Shown: one piece after another, positions 45,086-55,002 of the stretch
How positions within the stretch are numbered: the stretch's first letter is position 1
How the letters are laid out: every line of letters begins with the position of its first letter
From: Woeseia sp.
Lineage (GTDB): Bacteria > Pseudomonadota > Gammaproteobacteria > Steroidobacterales > Woeseiaceae
Assembly: GCA_040879925.1 (NCBI GenBank)
Contig: JBBDJJ010000050.1
Span: 42,221-106,220, forward strand
DNA: 64,000 nucleotides
Reading direction: 5' to 3'
Position numbers and translations under genes: made by a program
Notes under the pieces: generated by a model
What the model was told of the DNA's origin: nothing
Seen by the model: only the letters and a program-made list of their open reading frames with translations
Databases searched by the model: none

Positions 45086-45820
45086 ATGCGACTACTCCTG
45101 TACAACATACGCTATGCCGTCGGCGGAGGCGCGTCGATGCATATGCCACTGCCGGGCGCCGGCTACATCCTGGGCAACCAGACAGTCCTGCCGGAAATTA
45201 CCGCCTTCATCCGTTCGGTGGATCCTGACATTGTCGGCCTGATCGAAGTCGATACCGGCTCGATACGCAGTCGCCGAGTGAACCAGGCTGAGAAAATTGC
45301 CGCCGACCTGGGTCTGAATACCTCGTATGAAATCAAGTACGGCGCCCGCTCGATCAATCAGCTGCTGCCAATTATTCGCATGCAAGGGAATGCATTCCTG
45401 GCAGCACCGCGAGTTCACGGTGAGACTTTTCACTACTTCGATACCGGTATCAAGCGGCTCATCATTGAGCTGGAAATGGAACGGTTCGCCGTATTCCTCG
45501 TGCATTTGTCCCTGAAATATCGCCATCGCCATCTGCAGCTACGCAAGCTTTATGACCTGATCGAAGCAACCGAAAAGCCGGTCATCGTCGCGGGTGACTT
45601 CAATACCTTCTGGGGCGAGAATGAAATTTACCTGTTCATGCGAGCCGCAGGTCTGAGAAGCGCCAATGCAAGTCACCTGCCATCGTATCCCAGTCGCTCG
45701 CCACGCAAGGAACTCGACTTTATTCTGTATCAGAGCGGGATTACCGTAACCGGGTTCGAAGTACCACGCGTGCGGCTTTCCGATCATTTGCCACTGATAT
45801 GCGATTTTGAGATTGACTGA
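45086..45820 (+). CDS. endonuclease/exonuclease/phosphatase (EEP) family protein
   Basis: LLLYNIRY N-terminus, GLIEVD, VAGDFN, and C-terminal SDHLPL. Confidence 0.8.
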   Translation: MRLLLYNIRYAVGGGASMHMPLPGAGYILGNQTVLPEITAFIRSVDPDIVGLIEVDTGSIRSRRVNQAEKIAADLGLNTSYEIKYGARSINQLLPIIRMQGNAFLAAPRVHGETFHYFDTGIKRLIIELEMERFAVFLVHLSLKYRHRHLQLRKLYDLIEATEKPVIVAGDFNTFWGENEIYLFMRAAGLRSANASHLPSYPSRSPRKELDFILYQSGITVTGFEVPRVRLSDHLPLICDFEID

Positions 45821-45865
45821 ACGGCAGTCTGCCGACCGCCACACTGTTCGCAACCGGATGACATC

Positions 45866-47968
45866 ATGACTGAAGAAACGCTCAGTACGACGCTGGATGG
45901 TAAAGAGGCCATTCACTGGCAGCGGGAGATTGACCAGGACGGTTTGCTGTGGCTCTGCATCGACAAAGCTGATGGCAGTGCGAATGTGCTATCACGCCCG
46001 GTCCTGGAAGAACTCGCCGCGATCATCGAGCCGCTGGCCAACGAGCCACCGCGCGGCATCGTCATCCACTCCGGAAAGAAAAACGGTTTCATCATGGGTG
46101 CCGACATCAATGAATTCACCACCATTGACAATCCGGAACAGGCGTACGAATTGATTCGACGCGGACAGCAGGCGCTGGATCTTCTGCAGGCCGTACCTTG
46201 CCCGAGTGTCGCAGTGATTGACGGGTTTGCCCTTGGCGGCGGCCTGGAACTGGCGTTGGCCTGTGACTACCGTATCGTGATCGACGAAAATCGGCCGATA
46301 CTGGGGCTGCCCGAGGTTCAGCTAGGTATTCATCCGGGCTTCGGCGGCACGGTAAGAGCAGTGCGAATTTGCGGTGTGCGTGCGGCAATGAATTTGATGC
46401 TGACCGGACAATCGATCACGCCGCACAAAGCGGAAACTATCAGGCTGGTCGACCGCGTGATCGCCAAAGACGACTGGAAATCGGCCGCGAAAGAGCTCGT
46501 CGCCTCAAAGCCGGCCCCGGCACGCGCTCCCCTGATCGATCGGTTGCTGAATCTTTCGCTCGCTCGTCCATTCGTCGGCGCCCTGCTACAGAAGCAGGTG
46601 GCCGCCCGGGCACGTCAGGACCACTACCCTGCTCCCTATGCGATCGTCGACCTGTGGCGCAAGTATGGCGCGTCCGAACGCAGCGGTTACGAAGCCGAGG
46701 CGAGGTCTATCGCGTCGCTAATGTGCGGCAAGACCTCGCGCAACCTGGTGCGCGTGTTCTTTCTGCAGAATCGTCTGAAATCCCAGGGCAACAAGCCGGA
46801 CGGGCGCATCCAGCGCGTCCACGTAGTGGGCGCCGGTGTCATGGGAGGCGATATTGCGGCCTGGTGCGCATTGCGCGGATTGGAGGTGACTTTGCAGGAT
46901 CGCGCCGAGAAGTACCTCGCACCCGCCATGAAACGGGCAGCGCAACTGTTCGAGAAGAAATTACGTGATTCCTCGGAGCGCGCCGCGGCTGGCAAGCGAT
47001 TGCGAGCTGATGTTGCCGGCAGCGGAGCAGCCACCGCCGACCTGATTATCGAAGCAATTTTCGAAGACCTCGATGCAAAACAGAAGTTGTACGTCTCATT
47101 GCAGGAAAAAATGCGGCAGGATGCGATTCTGGCCACCAATACTTCCAGTATTCGGCTGCAGGAGTTGCGCACCGTTTTGCATCGCCCGGAGCGTTTTATC
47201 GGCCTGCACTTTTTCAATCCGGTCGCAAAATTGCCATTGGTTGAGATCGTCCGTTGCGACGACACCACGCAAAACGTGCTGGATATGGCCTTTGGTTTCG
47301 TGAAAGGCATCGGCAAGTTCCCGCTCGAATGCGCCAGCTCACCCGGCTTCGTCGTCAACCGTGTACTGGCACCTTACATGGCTGAAGCCATGCACCTGGC
47401 AGAATCCGGCGTACCCCTGGAAACAATCGATCACTGTGCTGAGCATTTCGGTATGCCGATGGGGCCTGTCGAACTGGTGGACAGTGTCGGTATCGATGTC
47501 GCACGGCACGTGTCGGAAGTACTGGGCGCCGCCTTCGATCGACCCGTGCCAGCCCGCCTCGCCGAGATGGTGGAAAAAGGCCAGTTGGGTCGAAAATCCG
47601 GGCAGGGTTTTTACGTCTGGAAGGATGGCAAGGCGGTCAAAGAAGCTCGACCGCAAACAGGCTCCATCGCCGATCTGCGGCACATGCAGGATCGGTTGTT
47701 GCTGCCACTGGTCAATGAAGCTGTCGCGTGCCTGGACGAGGGAGTGGTTGCGGACGCCGACCTGCTGGACGCGGGCGTCATTTTCGGCACCGGATTCGCT
47801 CCGTTTCGCGGTGGACCGCTGAACTATGCCCGCGACCGCGGTATCGACGATATCGTGCAAACCCTGCATGCGTTGCGCGAGCAATTCGGCGACCGTTTCC
47901 GACCGCATGCCGGTTGGGCCAGGCTGGCAAAAGAAGGAGACGTCAGGGACGACGAAACGCGCAAATAA
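45866..47968 (+). CDS. multifunctional fatty-acid oxidation protein (enoyl-CoA hydratase / 3-hydroxyacyl-CoA dehydrogenase), FadB/FadJ-like
   Basis: 700 aa. Crotonase GGGLELALACD, NAD-binding VVGAGVMGGDIA, and HFFNPV. Confidence 0.9.
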   Translation: MTEETLSTTLDGKEAIHWQREIDQDGLLWLCIDKADGSANVLSRPVLEELAAIIEPLANEPPRGIVIHSGKKNGFIMGADINEFTTIDNPEQAYELIRRGQQALDLLQAVPCPSVAVIDGFALGGGLELALACDYRIVIDENRPILGLPEVQLGIHPGFGGTVRAVRICGVRAAMNLMLTGQSITPHKAETIRLVDRVIAKDDWKSAAKELVASKPAPARAPLIDRLLNLSLARPFVGALLQKQVAARARQDHYPAPYAIVDLWRKYGASERSGYEAEARSIASLMCGKTSRNLVRVFFLQNRLKSQGNKPDGRIQRVHVVGAGVMGGDIAAWCALRGLEVTLQDRAEKYLAPAMKRAAQLFEKKLRDSSERAAAGKRLRADVAGSGAATADLIIEAIFEDLDAKQKLYVSLQEKMRQDAILATNTSSIRLQELRTVLHRPERFIGLHFFNPVAKLPLVEIVRCDDTTQNVLDMAFGFVKGIGKFPLECASSPGFVVNRVLAPYMAEAMHLAESGVPLETIDHCAEHFGMPMGPVELVDSVGIDVARHVSEVLGAAFDRPVPARLAEMVEKGQLGRKSGQGFYVWKDGKAVKEARPQTGSIADLRHMQDRLLLPLVNEAVACLDEGVVADADLLDAGVIFGTGFAPFRGGPLNYARDRGIDDIVQTLHALREQFGDRFRPHAGWARLAKEGDVRDDETRK

Positions 47969-48202
47969 TCGCCAGGTCGGCGCACAGACCGCGGATCGCG
48001 TGGCAAACTGTGGACCGCTTCACACGGTTGGGGCGCCACCGGTATCCGAAGCAGACAAATTGAATGTAGAATAAGCGCTTAGCCCGAATTCGCTAGCCGA
48101 CGACGCGACCGGCGTGTCCGTCAGTGTGCAATTCAAGACTGCCGTTCCCGTCATTTTGCGGGCATCAGCAAAAGCAATAATCAGGTAATGACAGGATGAT
48201 CA

Positions 48203-49249
48203 ATGACGGACGAGCAGCTGGATACTGAACTGCTCAAGGGCTTTTCACCTCTCGACGGCCTCAAGCGTGACAACCTGGCTGCACTCGCAAGAAAGGTGCA
48301 GATTCGCGAATTGTCGCCGCAGCAGATCCTTTTCAAAGAGGGTGATACGGAAAAGCGCACGATTTATGTCGTGTCCGGTTCCTTGGAACTCAGCGACGAA
48401 GGCAAATTGAAGGAAGTCATCGAGGGTGGCACTGACAGCGCCCGCAATCCTGTGTCACCACTGTTCCCGCGCCGTGTCACCGCGAAAGCACGCAATCGGG
48501 TGCAATATATCTCGATCGACAGCGACCTCCTCGATGTGATGCTTACCTGGGACCAAACAGGATCGTACGAGGTTTCCGAACTGCACGGACAATCCGACGT
48601 CGGCGGCGACGACTGGATGACCATGCTGCTGCAGACCAAGGCATTTCACAAGATTCCGCCGGCGAATATCCAGGCGATCTTCATGCGCATGCAGCAGATC
48701 AATTACAAGGCCGGCGATGTTGTCCTTAAGCAGGGAACCGAAGGCGACTACTTCTACGTACTGACACGCGGCAAAGCCCTGGTGACGCGCGAGACTCCGC
48801 TCAACAAGGAAGGCATAAAGCTGGCGGAACTGGCGGTCGGCGACACCTTCGGTGAGGAGGCATTGATTTCGGACGCGAAACGCAACGCCACGGTCACTAT
48901 GATCGTCGACGGTGCAGTCATGCGACTTGGCAAAGAGGATTTCAAGCGCCTGTTAAACGAGCCAATGCTGGACTGGGTAAGCATGGCGGAGGCTGAGGAA
49001 ATCGTACGCAGCGACGGGCAGTGGCTGGATGTCCGCTTGCCGAGCGAATTCGAGAATCATCACCAGGAAGGGGCCGTCAACATTCCCCTGTATTTCATCC
49101 GTCTCAAGATCAATACGCTCGACCCGAAAAAACGCTATGTAGTCTGCTGCGATACGGGCCGGCGCAGCTCGGCGGGCGCCTATATTCTCAGCGAGCGCGG
49201 CTACCAGGCCTATGTCTTGCGTGGCGGGATTAATTCCGGGCAACGCTGA
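48203..49249 (+). CDS. protein with two cyclic-nucleotide-binding domains and a C-terminal rhodanese domain
   Basis: Two CAP_ED-like units: FKEGDTEKRTIYVVSGSL, and VLKQGTEGDYFYVLTRG...FGEEALI...RNATV. Rhodanese loop CCDTGRRS. Confidence 0.75.
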   Translation: MTDEQLDTELLKGFSPLDGLKRDNLAALARKVQIRELSPQQILFKEGDTEKRTIYVVSGSLELSDEGKLKEVIEGGTDSARNPVSPLFPRRVTAKARNRVQYISIDSDLLDVMLTWDQTGSYEVSELHGQSDVGGDDWMTMLLQTKAFHKIPPANIQAIFMRMQQINYKAGDVVLKQGTEGDYFYVLTRGKALVTRETPLNKEGIKLAELAVGDTFGEEALISDAKRNATVTMIVDGAVMRLGKEDFKRLLNEPMLDWVSMAEAEEIVRSDGQWLDVRLPSEFENHHQEGAVNIPLYFIRLKINTLDPKKRYVVCCDTGRRSSAGAYILSERGYQAYVLRGGINSGQR

Positions 49250-49288
49250 ACGATGAACGATGAACGATGAACGATGAACGATGAACGA
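49247..49288. repeat. heptanucleotide microsatellite (TGAACGA)x6
   Basis: Six perfect copies counted. The first TGA is the stop codon of the 48203..49249 gene. The array ends 2 nt before the pilZ stop (49291). Confidence 0.95.
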
Positions 49289-49290
49289 CG

Positions 49291-49629
49291 TTACATCGTG
49301 TGCGTGGGTTTGTCTCCGCCCAGTGCTCCTGCCAGGTAGTTCTCGATTTTTTTCTGTGTATTTCCCTGGTCCTGATCGCTGAACTGCACGCCGATACCGG
49401 CGGTCCGCTTGCCCTGAGCACCTTTTGGCGTCATCCAGATCACCGTGCCCGCAACGGGAATCTTCTCTTCTTCCCCCATCAGGTTCAGCAACATGAAGAC
49501 TTCGTCGCCGAGCCGGTAGGAGCTATTGGTTGGAATGAATAGCCCGCCGTTGACCACGAAGGGCATATAGGCGAGATACAGAGCGCTCTTGTCCTTGATG
49601 GTAAGAGTCAGCAGTCCGGGTTTGGTCAT
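49291..49629 (-). CDS. pilZ: type IV pilus assembly PilZ-domain protein
   Basis: LTLTIKDKSALYLAYMPFVVNGGLFIPT...GIGVQF; immediately downstream of holB, as in Pseudomonas and Xanthomonas. Confidence 0.8.
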   Translation of the reverse strand: MTKPGLLTLTIKDKSALYLAYMPFVVNGGLFIPTNSSYRLGDEVFMLLNLMGEEEKIPVAGTVIWMTPKGAQGKRTAGIGVQFSDQDQGNTQKKIENYLAGALGGDKPTHTM

Positions 49630-49636
49630 CGTTCGA

Positions 49637-50629
49637 TCATCCTGCACCGGACGGCAGCGATACCTCCGGGTTAAACCGTTGTCCACAGCGTACTAAACCG
49701 CGAGCCCAATCGATCAGCAAACTTTCCAAAGTCAGCTGAACGTTGAAAGTGCCCGCAGGCTGGCCGCGCAGCCCATTGATTATGTCTAAATAGCAGAACA
49801 GATTTCGTCTGTCTATGCGATTTAGCACAGTTTCGGACACGCCGAGGTCAGTGGCGTCCGGAGCGGTGCCGCTGACGCGATGAATGCAACGCTGAACCTG
49901 TCGTACGATCCACCCGAGCACGAATTCAGGGTCGTCTTTTGCCCAGCGAGCTGCAGTATCGATCGGCGACGCACGCCCTTCTGCAATGGCCCCGAAATCC
50001 CGCGCCATTGCGGCCGTGTGCGCCACGCGCTCTTGCGCAGCTATAGCGGCCAGCGGCGCGCCGCCCACCAGACTTAACGCGGCGCCCCAATTGGTAGCGG
50101 GCTGGAGTTTGCCCAGCCACGCCAGGCTTGCCAGTTCCGCCGGCGCCGTGACGTTCAAGCGCTGGCAGCGACTCAAGACCGTCGCCGGCAATCGGCCGGC
50201 ACGGTCGGCGATCAACAGGATCAGGGTATCGCCAGGCGGTTCCTCCAGCGTCTTGAGCAAACTGTTTGACGCATTGGAGGTCATGGCGTCCGCCGGCTCA
50301 ATCACAGCGATCTTGCCGCGCCGTCCATGGCTGGTAAGACTCAGGTCTGCGACCAGTTGTCGAATCTGATCGATGCTGATGGTCCGCTTGCCCTCTGGCG
50401 GCCGCAGCCAGTACAAGTCCGGGTGCTCGGGCGGTTCGGCCGGAAAAACGGGCAGTGCGTTCGCCGGCGTGAGTGCGAGACGTTCGCGCACAATCCACGC
50501 CGCCAGAGAGCGCTTGCCCACGCCAGGCGAGCCGCTCAGCATGACGGCGTGCGGCGCCCGTCCCGCCACAGTACTCGCCTGCCAGGCACTGGCCATCGAT
50601 TCTAACCAATCTAATTCAATATATTTCAA
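49637..50629 (-). CDS. holB: DNA polymerase III delta-prime subunit
   Basis: HAVMLSGSPGVGK, LLKTLEEPP, SRCQ. The alternative start is MASAW at 50596. Confidence 0.85.
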   Translation of the reverse strand: MKYIELDWLESMASAWQASTVAGRAPHAVMLSGSPGVGKRSLAAWIVRERLALTPANALPVFPAEPPEHPDLYWLRPPEGKRTISIDQIRQLVADLSLTSHGRRGKIAVIEPADAMTSNASNSLLKTLEEPPGDTLILLIADRAGRLPATVLSRCQRLNVTAPAELASLAWLGKLQPATNWGAALSLVGGAPLAAIAAQERVAHTAAMARDFGAIAEGRASPIDTAARWAKDDPEFVLGWIVRQVQRCIHRVSGTAPDATDLGVSETVLNRIDRRNLFCYLDIINGLRGQPAGTFNVQLTLESLLIDWARGLVRCGQRFNPEVSLPSGAG

Positions 50630-50662
50630 TGTTTTAAATAAGTTTTTTAATTTTATTTATTA

Positions 50663-51283
50663 CTAAAAAAGCGCGTGCATTGCGCGCTCGATCTGCTGTT
50701 GAACAGCGGGCAAGGGACGGCTGGCATCGATGACCGCGAAGCGCCCGGGTTCAGCTTCTGCCAGCGCCAGGTAGCCCTCTCGCACTCTTTTATGAAAAGC
50801 CAGCTGTTCCGCCTCGAGCCGATCCGCCTCACCACGCCGCTCAGACCGGTCTCGCCCGACGTCCAAAGGTGCGTCAAGCAGCACCGTCAGATCGGGTATA
50901 AGCTGCGGATGGACCCAGTGTGCCAGGGTCTCGATCCGGTCGCGGCCCAGGCCTCGCCCGCATCCCTGATAGGCCCGCGTGGTATCGGTGAATCGATCGC
51001 AGACGACCCAGCTACCGGACTCGATGGCCGGCACAATGACATTGTTTACGTGCAGGGATCGTGCAGCAAAGAACAACAGCAATTCGGCAATAGCAGGCAA
51101 AGGTTCAGTGCCATGAGATAGCAGCATGGAACGAATCTGTTCGGCCATTGGTGTTCCACCCGGCTCCCGTGTGTCAAGAACCCGTAAGGAGCGTTGCCGA
51201 ATCAGCTGGCACAGGAATTCGATATTGGTCGACTTGCCAACGCCCTCGCCACCTTCGACGGTTATGAATCTGCCTTTCGTCAT
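50663..51283 (-). CDS. tmk: thymidylate kinase
   Basis: FITVEGGEGVGKST P-loop, DRF, and a LID region. Confidence 0.9.
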   Translation of the reverse strand: MTKGRFITVEGGEGVGKSTNIEFLCQLIRQRSLRVLDTREPGGTPMAEQIRSMLLSHGTEPLPAIAELLLFFAARSLHVNNVIVPAIESGSWVVCDRFTDTTRAYQGCGRGLGRDRIETLAHWVHPQLIPDLTVLLDAPLDVGRDRSERRGEADRLEAEQLAFHKRVREGYLALAEAEPGRFAVIDASRPLPAVQQQIERAMHALF

Positions 51284-51293
51284 GATGCGTCGT

Positions 51294-52325
51294 TCATTGT
51301 GCCCCCGAATTCAGCGCACGCGAACGGCGCAACCGCTTGAGGTATTCCTGCACGGCTGCGTTGTGTTGCTCGATGGTGTCCGAAAAAGCATGACTACCGT
51401 CACCCAGCCCCGTTGCGACAAAGAACAGCTCCGTGCCTGCCGCCGGATTCAACGCGGCATGAATCGCGGCCCGACCGGGTAACGCGATGGGCGTTGGCGG
51501 CAGGCCCCCGCGCGTGTAAGTATTATATTCGGTATCCGTTTGCAAATGGCGGCGCGTGATATTACCGTCGAAATCGGCGCCGATACCATAAATGACGGTT
51601 GGATCGGTTTGCAGCCGCATACCTTGCTGCAATCGCCGCACAAAAACTCCGGCTATCCTTTCTCGCTCATCCGGACGCCCGGTTTCCTTTTCAATTATCG
51701 ATGCCAGTATCAGCGCTTCGTACGGCGTGACAATTGGCAGATCCGCGGTACGGTTTTGCCACTCAACTCGCAGCGTTGACTGCATCATGTCGTAAGCCTG
51801 GCGCAGAACGGCAGAATTACTCGTCCCGTAAGGAAACCGATAGGTCTCCGGCAAAAACAATCCTTCCGGGTGCGTGGCGTCCGAACCCAGATCGACGAGC
51901 AGTGTTGGCCAATCATCATAAGTGAGACTGCCTTCGACCGCCGGGTGTGAGGCAAGATTGTTGAGCAGTTCGTTGAAGGTCCAGCCTTCGACGATTGTGA
52001 ATGCATACAGCTCGACCCGACCTTCTACGAACTTTCGCAGGAGTTGTATCGGCGTGATGCCCTGCTCGATGCGATAACGGCCAGCATGCACACGGCTGGC
52101 CTGGTCCGTTAATCGCGCGTACCAGCGAAAGATTGTCGGCCGCTCAATGAGTCCGGCTTCGCCTAATTCGTGGCTGATCGTCGCAAAAGAAACTCCGGGA
52201 CGGATGTCATACAGCAGACCGTCCGCCGGGACGTCCATCGGAGATTGCAGAAACCGCTGAGCCGTCCAGCCTGAGATCAGTGCGAACGCAATAGCCAGCA
52301 ACAGCAGCAGGACAAGTTTCTTCAT
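51294..52325 (-). CDS. mltG: endolytic murein transglycosylase MltG (YceG)
   Basis: N-terminal TM, ILASIIEKE, NTY, GLPPTPI. Confidence 0.9.
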   Translation of the reverse strand: MKKLVLLLLLAIAFALISGWTAQRFLQSPMDVPADGLLYDIRPGVSFATISHELGEAGLIERPTIFRWYARLTDQASRVHAGRYRIEQGITPIQLLRKFVEGRVELYAFTIVEGWTFNELLNNLASHPAVEGSLTYDDWPTLLVDLGSDATHPEGLFLPETYRFPYGTSNSAVLRQAYDMMQSTLRVEWQNRTADLPIVTPYEALILASIIEKETGRPDERERIAGVFVRRLQQGMRLQTDPTVIYGIGADFDGNITRRHLQTDTEYNTYTRGGLPPTPIALPGRAAIHAALNPAAGTELFFVATGLGDGSHAFSDTIEQHNAAVQEYLKRLRRSRALNSGAQ

Positions 52326-52397
52326 GCTGCCAGACTGTCAGATGTGACGACAGTGCGTCAAATGGTTGCGACTAGGTGGCGGATATCGGTAGCTGAA

Positions 52398-53639
52398 TCA
52401 ACCCAGTTTGCGGAACACCAGGCTCCCGTTGGTCCCGCCGAAACCGAATGAATTGGACATGGTGACATTGATAACAGCATCCCGCGCTACGTTCGGTACG
52501 TAATCGAGATCGCACTCCGGATCGGGATTATCGAGGTTGATTGTCGGCGGCAATACCTGATCACGTATGGCAAGAATCGCAAAAATTGCTTCCGCTGCGC
52601 CAGCCGCGCCGAGAAGATGCCCCGTGACGGACTTGGTCGAACTGACGGCAAGCGACGTGGCCGCATTACCAAATGCGCGCTTGATGCCAACCGTTTCTCC
52701 AACGTCCCCGGCGGGTGTCGACGTGCCGTGCGCATTGAGATAATCGACTTCGGCAGGATTGAGGCCGGCATCGTGCAGGGCAGCAACCATGCACTTGCGT
52801 GCACCCTCGCCATCTGCAGGCGGCAGCGTAATGTGATAAGCATCGCCACTCATGCCGAATCCGATCACCTCTGCATAAATTCGTGCGCCTCGCGATCGTG
52901 CATGCTCGTACTCTTCCAGCAGCAGGCACCCGGCACCGTCGCTCAATACGAAACCGTCCCGGTCCCTGTCGAACGGGCGACTCGCGGCCGTCGGATCGTC
53001 ATTGCGAGTGGACATGGCACGGGCTGCGCAGAAGCCGCCGATCGCAAGCGGTGTGGTTGCATATTCTGCGCCACCGGCGAGCATGACGTCTGCATCGCCG
53101 TGCGCAACCGTACGCGCCGCAATTCCGATGCAGTGTGTCGATGTCGTGCAGGCAGTTACGATGGCAAGATTCGGGCCGGTGATGCCATGCATTATGCTGA
53201 CGTGGCCGGAAATCATGTTGATAATGCTGCCGGGGATAAAGAACGGCGAAATCTTGCGGGGGCCGGAGTCAATCAACTTCTGGTGATTTGCCTCGATCGT
53301 CTGCAGTCCACCGATACCGGCGCCCATTGCAACTCCGATGCGGTGGCCATTATTTTCGGTAACTTCAAGACCGGAATCCTTGAGCGCCATGACGCAGGCC
53401 CCGATTCCATAGTGCATGAATCGATCCATCTTGCGCGCTTCCTTCGGCGCAAGAAAATCGGCAACTTCAAAATCGCTAACTACTCCGGCAATACGAGTAC
53501 TGAACTGGCTGGCATCGAAATCTTCAATCGGAGTAATTCCGGATACTCCCTCGCGAATATTCTGCCAGGCCTTCTCAAGCTGGCTGCCAACCGGCGAGAC
53601 AATGCCCATGCCGGTTACAACAACGCGACGCCTAGTCAA
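52398..53639 (-). CDS. fabF: beta-ketoacyl-ACP synthase II
   Basis: [14 protein letters not shown] (Cys), [15 protein letters not shown]. Confidence 0.95.
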   Translation of the reverse strand: MTRRRVVVTGMGIVSPVGSQLEKAWQNIREGVSGITPIEDFDASQFSTRIAGVVSDFEVADFLAPKEARKMDRFMHYGIGACVMALKDSGLEVTENNGHRIGVAMGAGIGGLQTIEANHQKLIDSGPRKISPFFIPGSIINMISGHVSIMHGITGPNLAIVTACTTSTHCIGIAARTVAHGDADVMLAGGAEYATTPLAIGGFCAARAMSTRNDDPTAASRPFDRDRDGFVLSDGAGCLLLEEYEHARSRGARIYAEVIGFGMSGDAYHITLPPADGEGARKCMVAALHDAGLNPAEVDYLNAHGTSTPAGDVGETVGIKRAFGNAATSLAVSSTKSVTGHLLGAAGAAEAIFAILAIRDQVLPPTINLDNPDPECDLDYVPNVARDAVINVTMSNSFGFGGTNGSLVFRKLG

Positions 53640-53731
53640 CTAAGATACCGGAAATTCGGGGTGCGATTGCCATACTCTCAATAGCATAAGGGACAACAGG
53701 CGAGCCCGCTTGGCTCGCCCGACTTTTGCCC

Positions 53732-53974
53732 TCAGGATTCGCTGCGACGAGCTGTAACGAAATCGATTGCCTGCTGAACAGTGGTTATTTTTTCCGCCTC
53801 TTCATCCGGAATCTCGGTTTCGAATTCTTCTTCCAGAGCCATCACCAGTTCGACCGTATCCAGCGAATCGGCACCGAGGTCGTCGACAAACGACGCATCA
53901 TTTGTCACTTCTTCCTCTTTCACCCCCAATTGCTCGGCGACGATGCTCTTAACTTGTTCTTCAATACTGCTCAT
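53732..53974 (-). CDS. acpP: acyl carrier protein
   Basis: [19 protein letters not shown]. Confidence 0.95.
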   Translation of the reverse strand: MSSIEEQVKSIVAEQLGVKEEEVTNDASFVDDLGADSLDTVELVMALEEEFETEIPDEEAEKITTVQQAIDFVTARRSES

Positions 53975-54214
53975 AGTGATCGCTTCTCCTCAGGAAGAGA
54001 CTTCGAAAAGTGTGGCCCGGTCATCCGAGCCGGTGTTCCGGGTGTCGTTTGGCCACCTTTGGATACTCTTGATGCGCTGCCGCCCCGCCGGCCAGCCACC
54101 CGCAGAATCGCCCTAACTTATTGATAATCCAAGCCCCGGCTCGACCGTGGGCGAGTATTGTAAGTGAAAGCATGGTGCCAATCTACAACTGTGAGCGCCG
54201 CCGCACCGCGACCG

Positions 54215-54970
54215 TCACACCATCAGCATTCCGCCGTTGACGTGCAAGGTTTCGCCCGTTATGTAGGCCGCTGCACCGGACGCCAGAAACGTGACTGCCG
54301 CCGCTATCTCCCCGGATTCACCCAGGCGCCCCAACGCTATCTGCGACAACAGCCCGGTCCGCTGTTGTTCCGGCAGATCGCGGGTCATATCGGTGTCTAT
54401 AAATCCAGGCGCCACGACATTTACCGTAATATTGCGCGAGCCGACCTCACGGGCCAGCGATTTCGAAAAACCAATGAGCCCTGCTTTCGCGGCGGCATAA
54501 TTGGCCTGGCCTGCATTGCCCATGACACCGACCACGGACGCAATGTTGATAATGCGCCCGTAACGCGCTTTCATCATGCCGCGCAGGCTGGCTTTGCATA
54601 TTCGGTAAGCGCCCGACAGATTGGTGCCAATGACGTCATCCCACTCCTCGCTCTTCATGCGCAAAAGCAGGTTATCCCGGGTAATGCCGGCGTTATTGAC
54701 CACTATCGCAGGTGCACCGTTTGTCGATTGAATGTCTGCAAAAACAGCCTGCACCGATTCGTCATCCGCTACATCGAGAACCAGACCGCGCCCCGACGCA
54801 CCCAGATTTGCCGAAATCCGAGTGGCACCTTGCTCACTGGTCGCCGTACCTACCACAACCGCGCCGGCACCGGCGAGCGCTGCCGCTATCGCAGCGCCGA
54901 TGCCGCGCGATGCTCCGGTCACCAGTGCCACCTGTCCCTGCAGCATCGTCGAATTGAACAGATCGGTCAT
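54215..54970 (-). CDS. fabG: 3-oxoacyl-ACP reductase
   Basis: VTGASRGIG, NNAGIT, YAAAKAG, PGFIDTDM. Confidence 0.95.
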   Translation of the reverse strand: MTDLFNSTMLQGQVALVTGASRGIGAAIAAALAGAGAVVVGTATSEQGATRISANLGASGRGLVLDVADDESVQAVFADIQSTNGAPAIVVNNAGITRDNLLLRMKSEEWDDVIGTNLSGAYRICKASLRGMMKARYGRIINIASVVGVMGNAGQANYAAAKAGLIGFSKSLAREVGSRNITVNVVAPGFIDTDMTRDLPEQQRTGLLSQIALGRLGESGEIAAAVTFLASGAAAYITGETLHVNGGMLMV

Positions 54971-55002
54971 TGCATCGCTCCCCTCGGTTTAAGGTCGCTC
55001 GG

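Noticed and set aside
49230-49421. 63-aa minus-strand ORF reading through the heptamer repeat (..HRSSFIVHRSSF..)
   Set aside because: It is an out-of-frame overlap with the pilZ 3' end and is generated by the repeat itself. There is no start context.
52617-53684. 355-aa plus-strand ORF antisense to fabF
   Set aside because: fabF on the minus strand has all catalytic motifs. The antisense translation is low-complexity (R/A/G/C-rich) and has no SD or start context.
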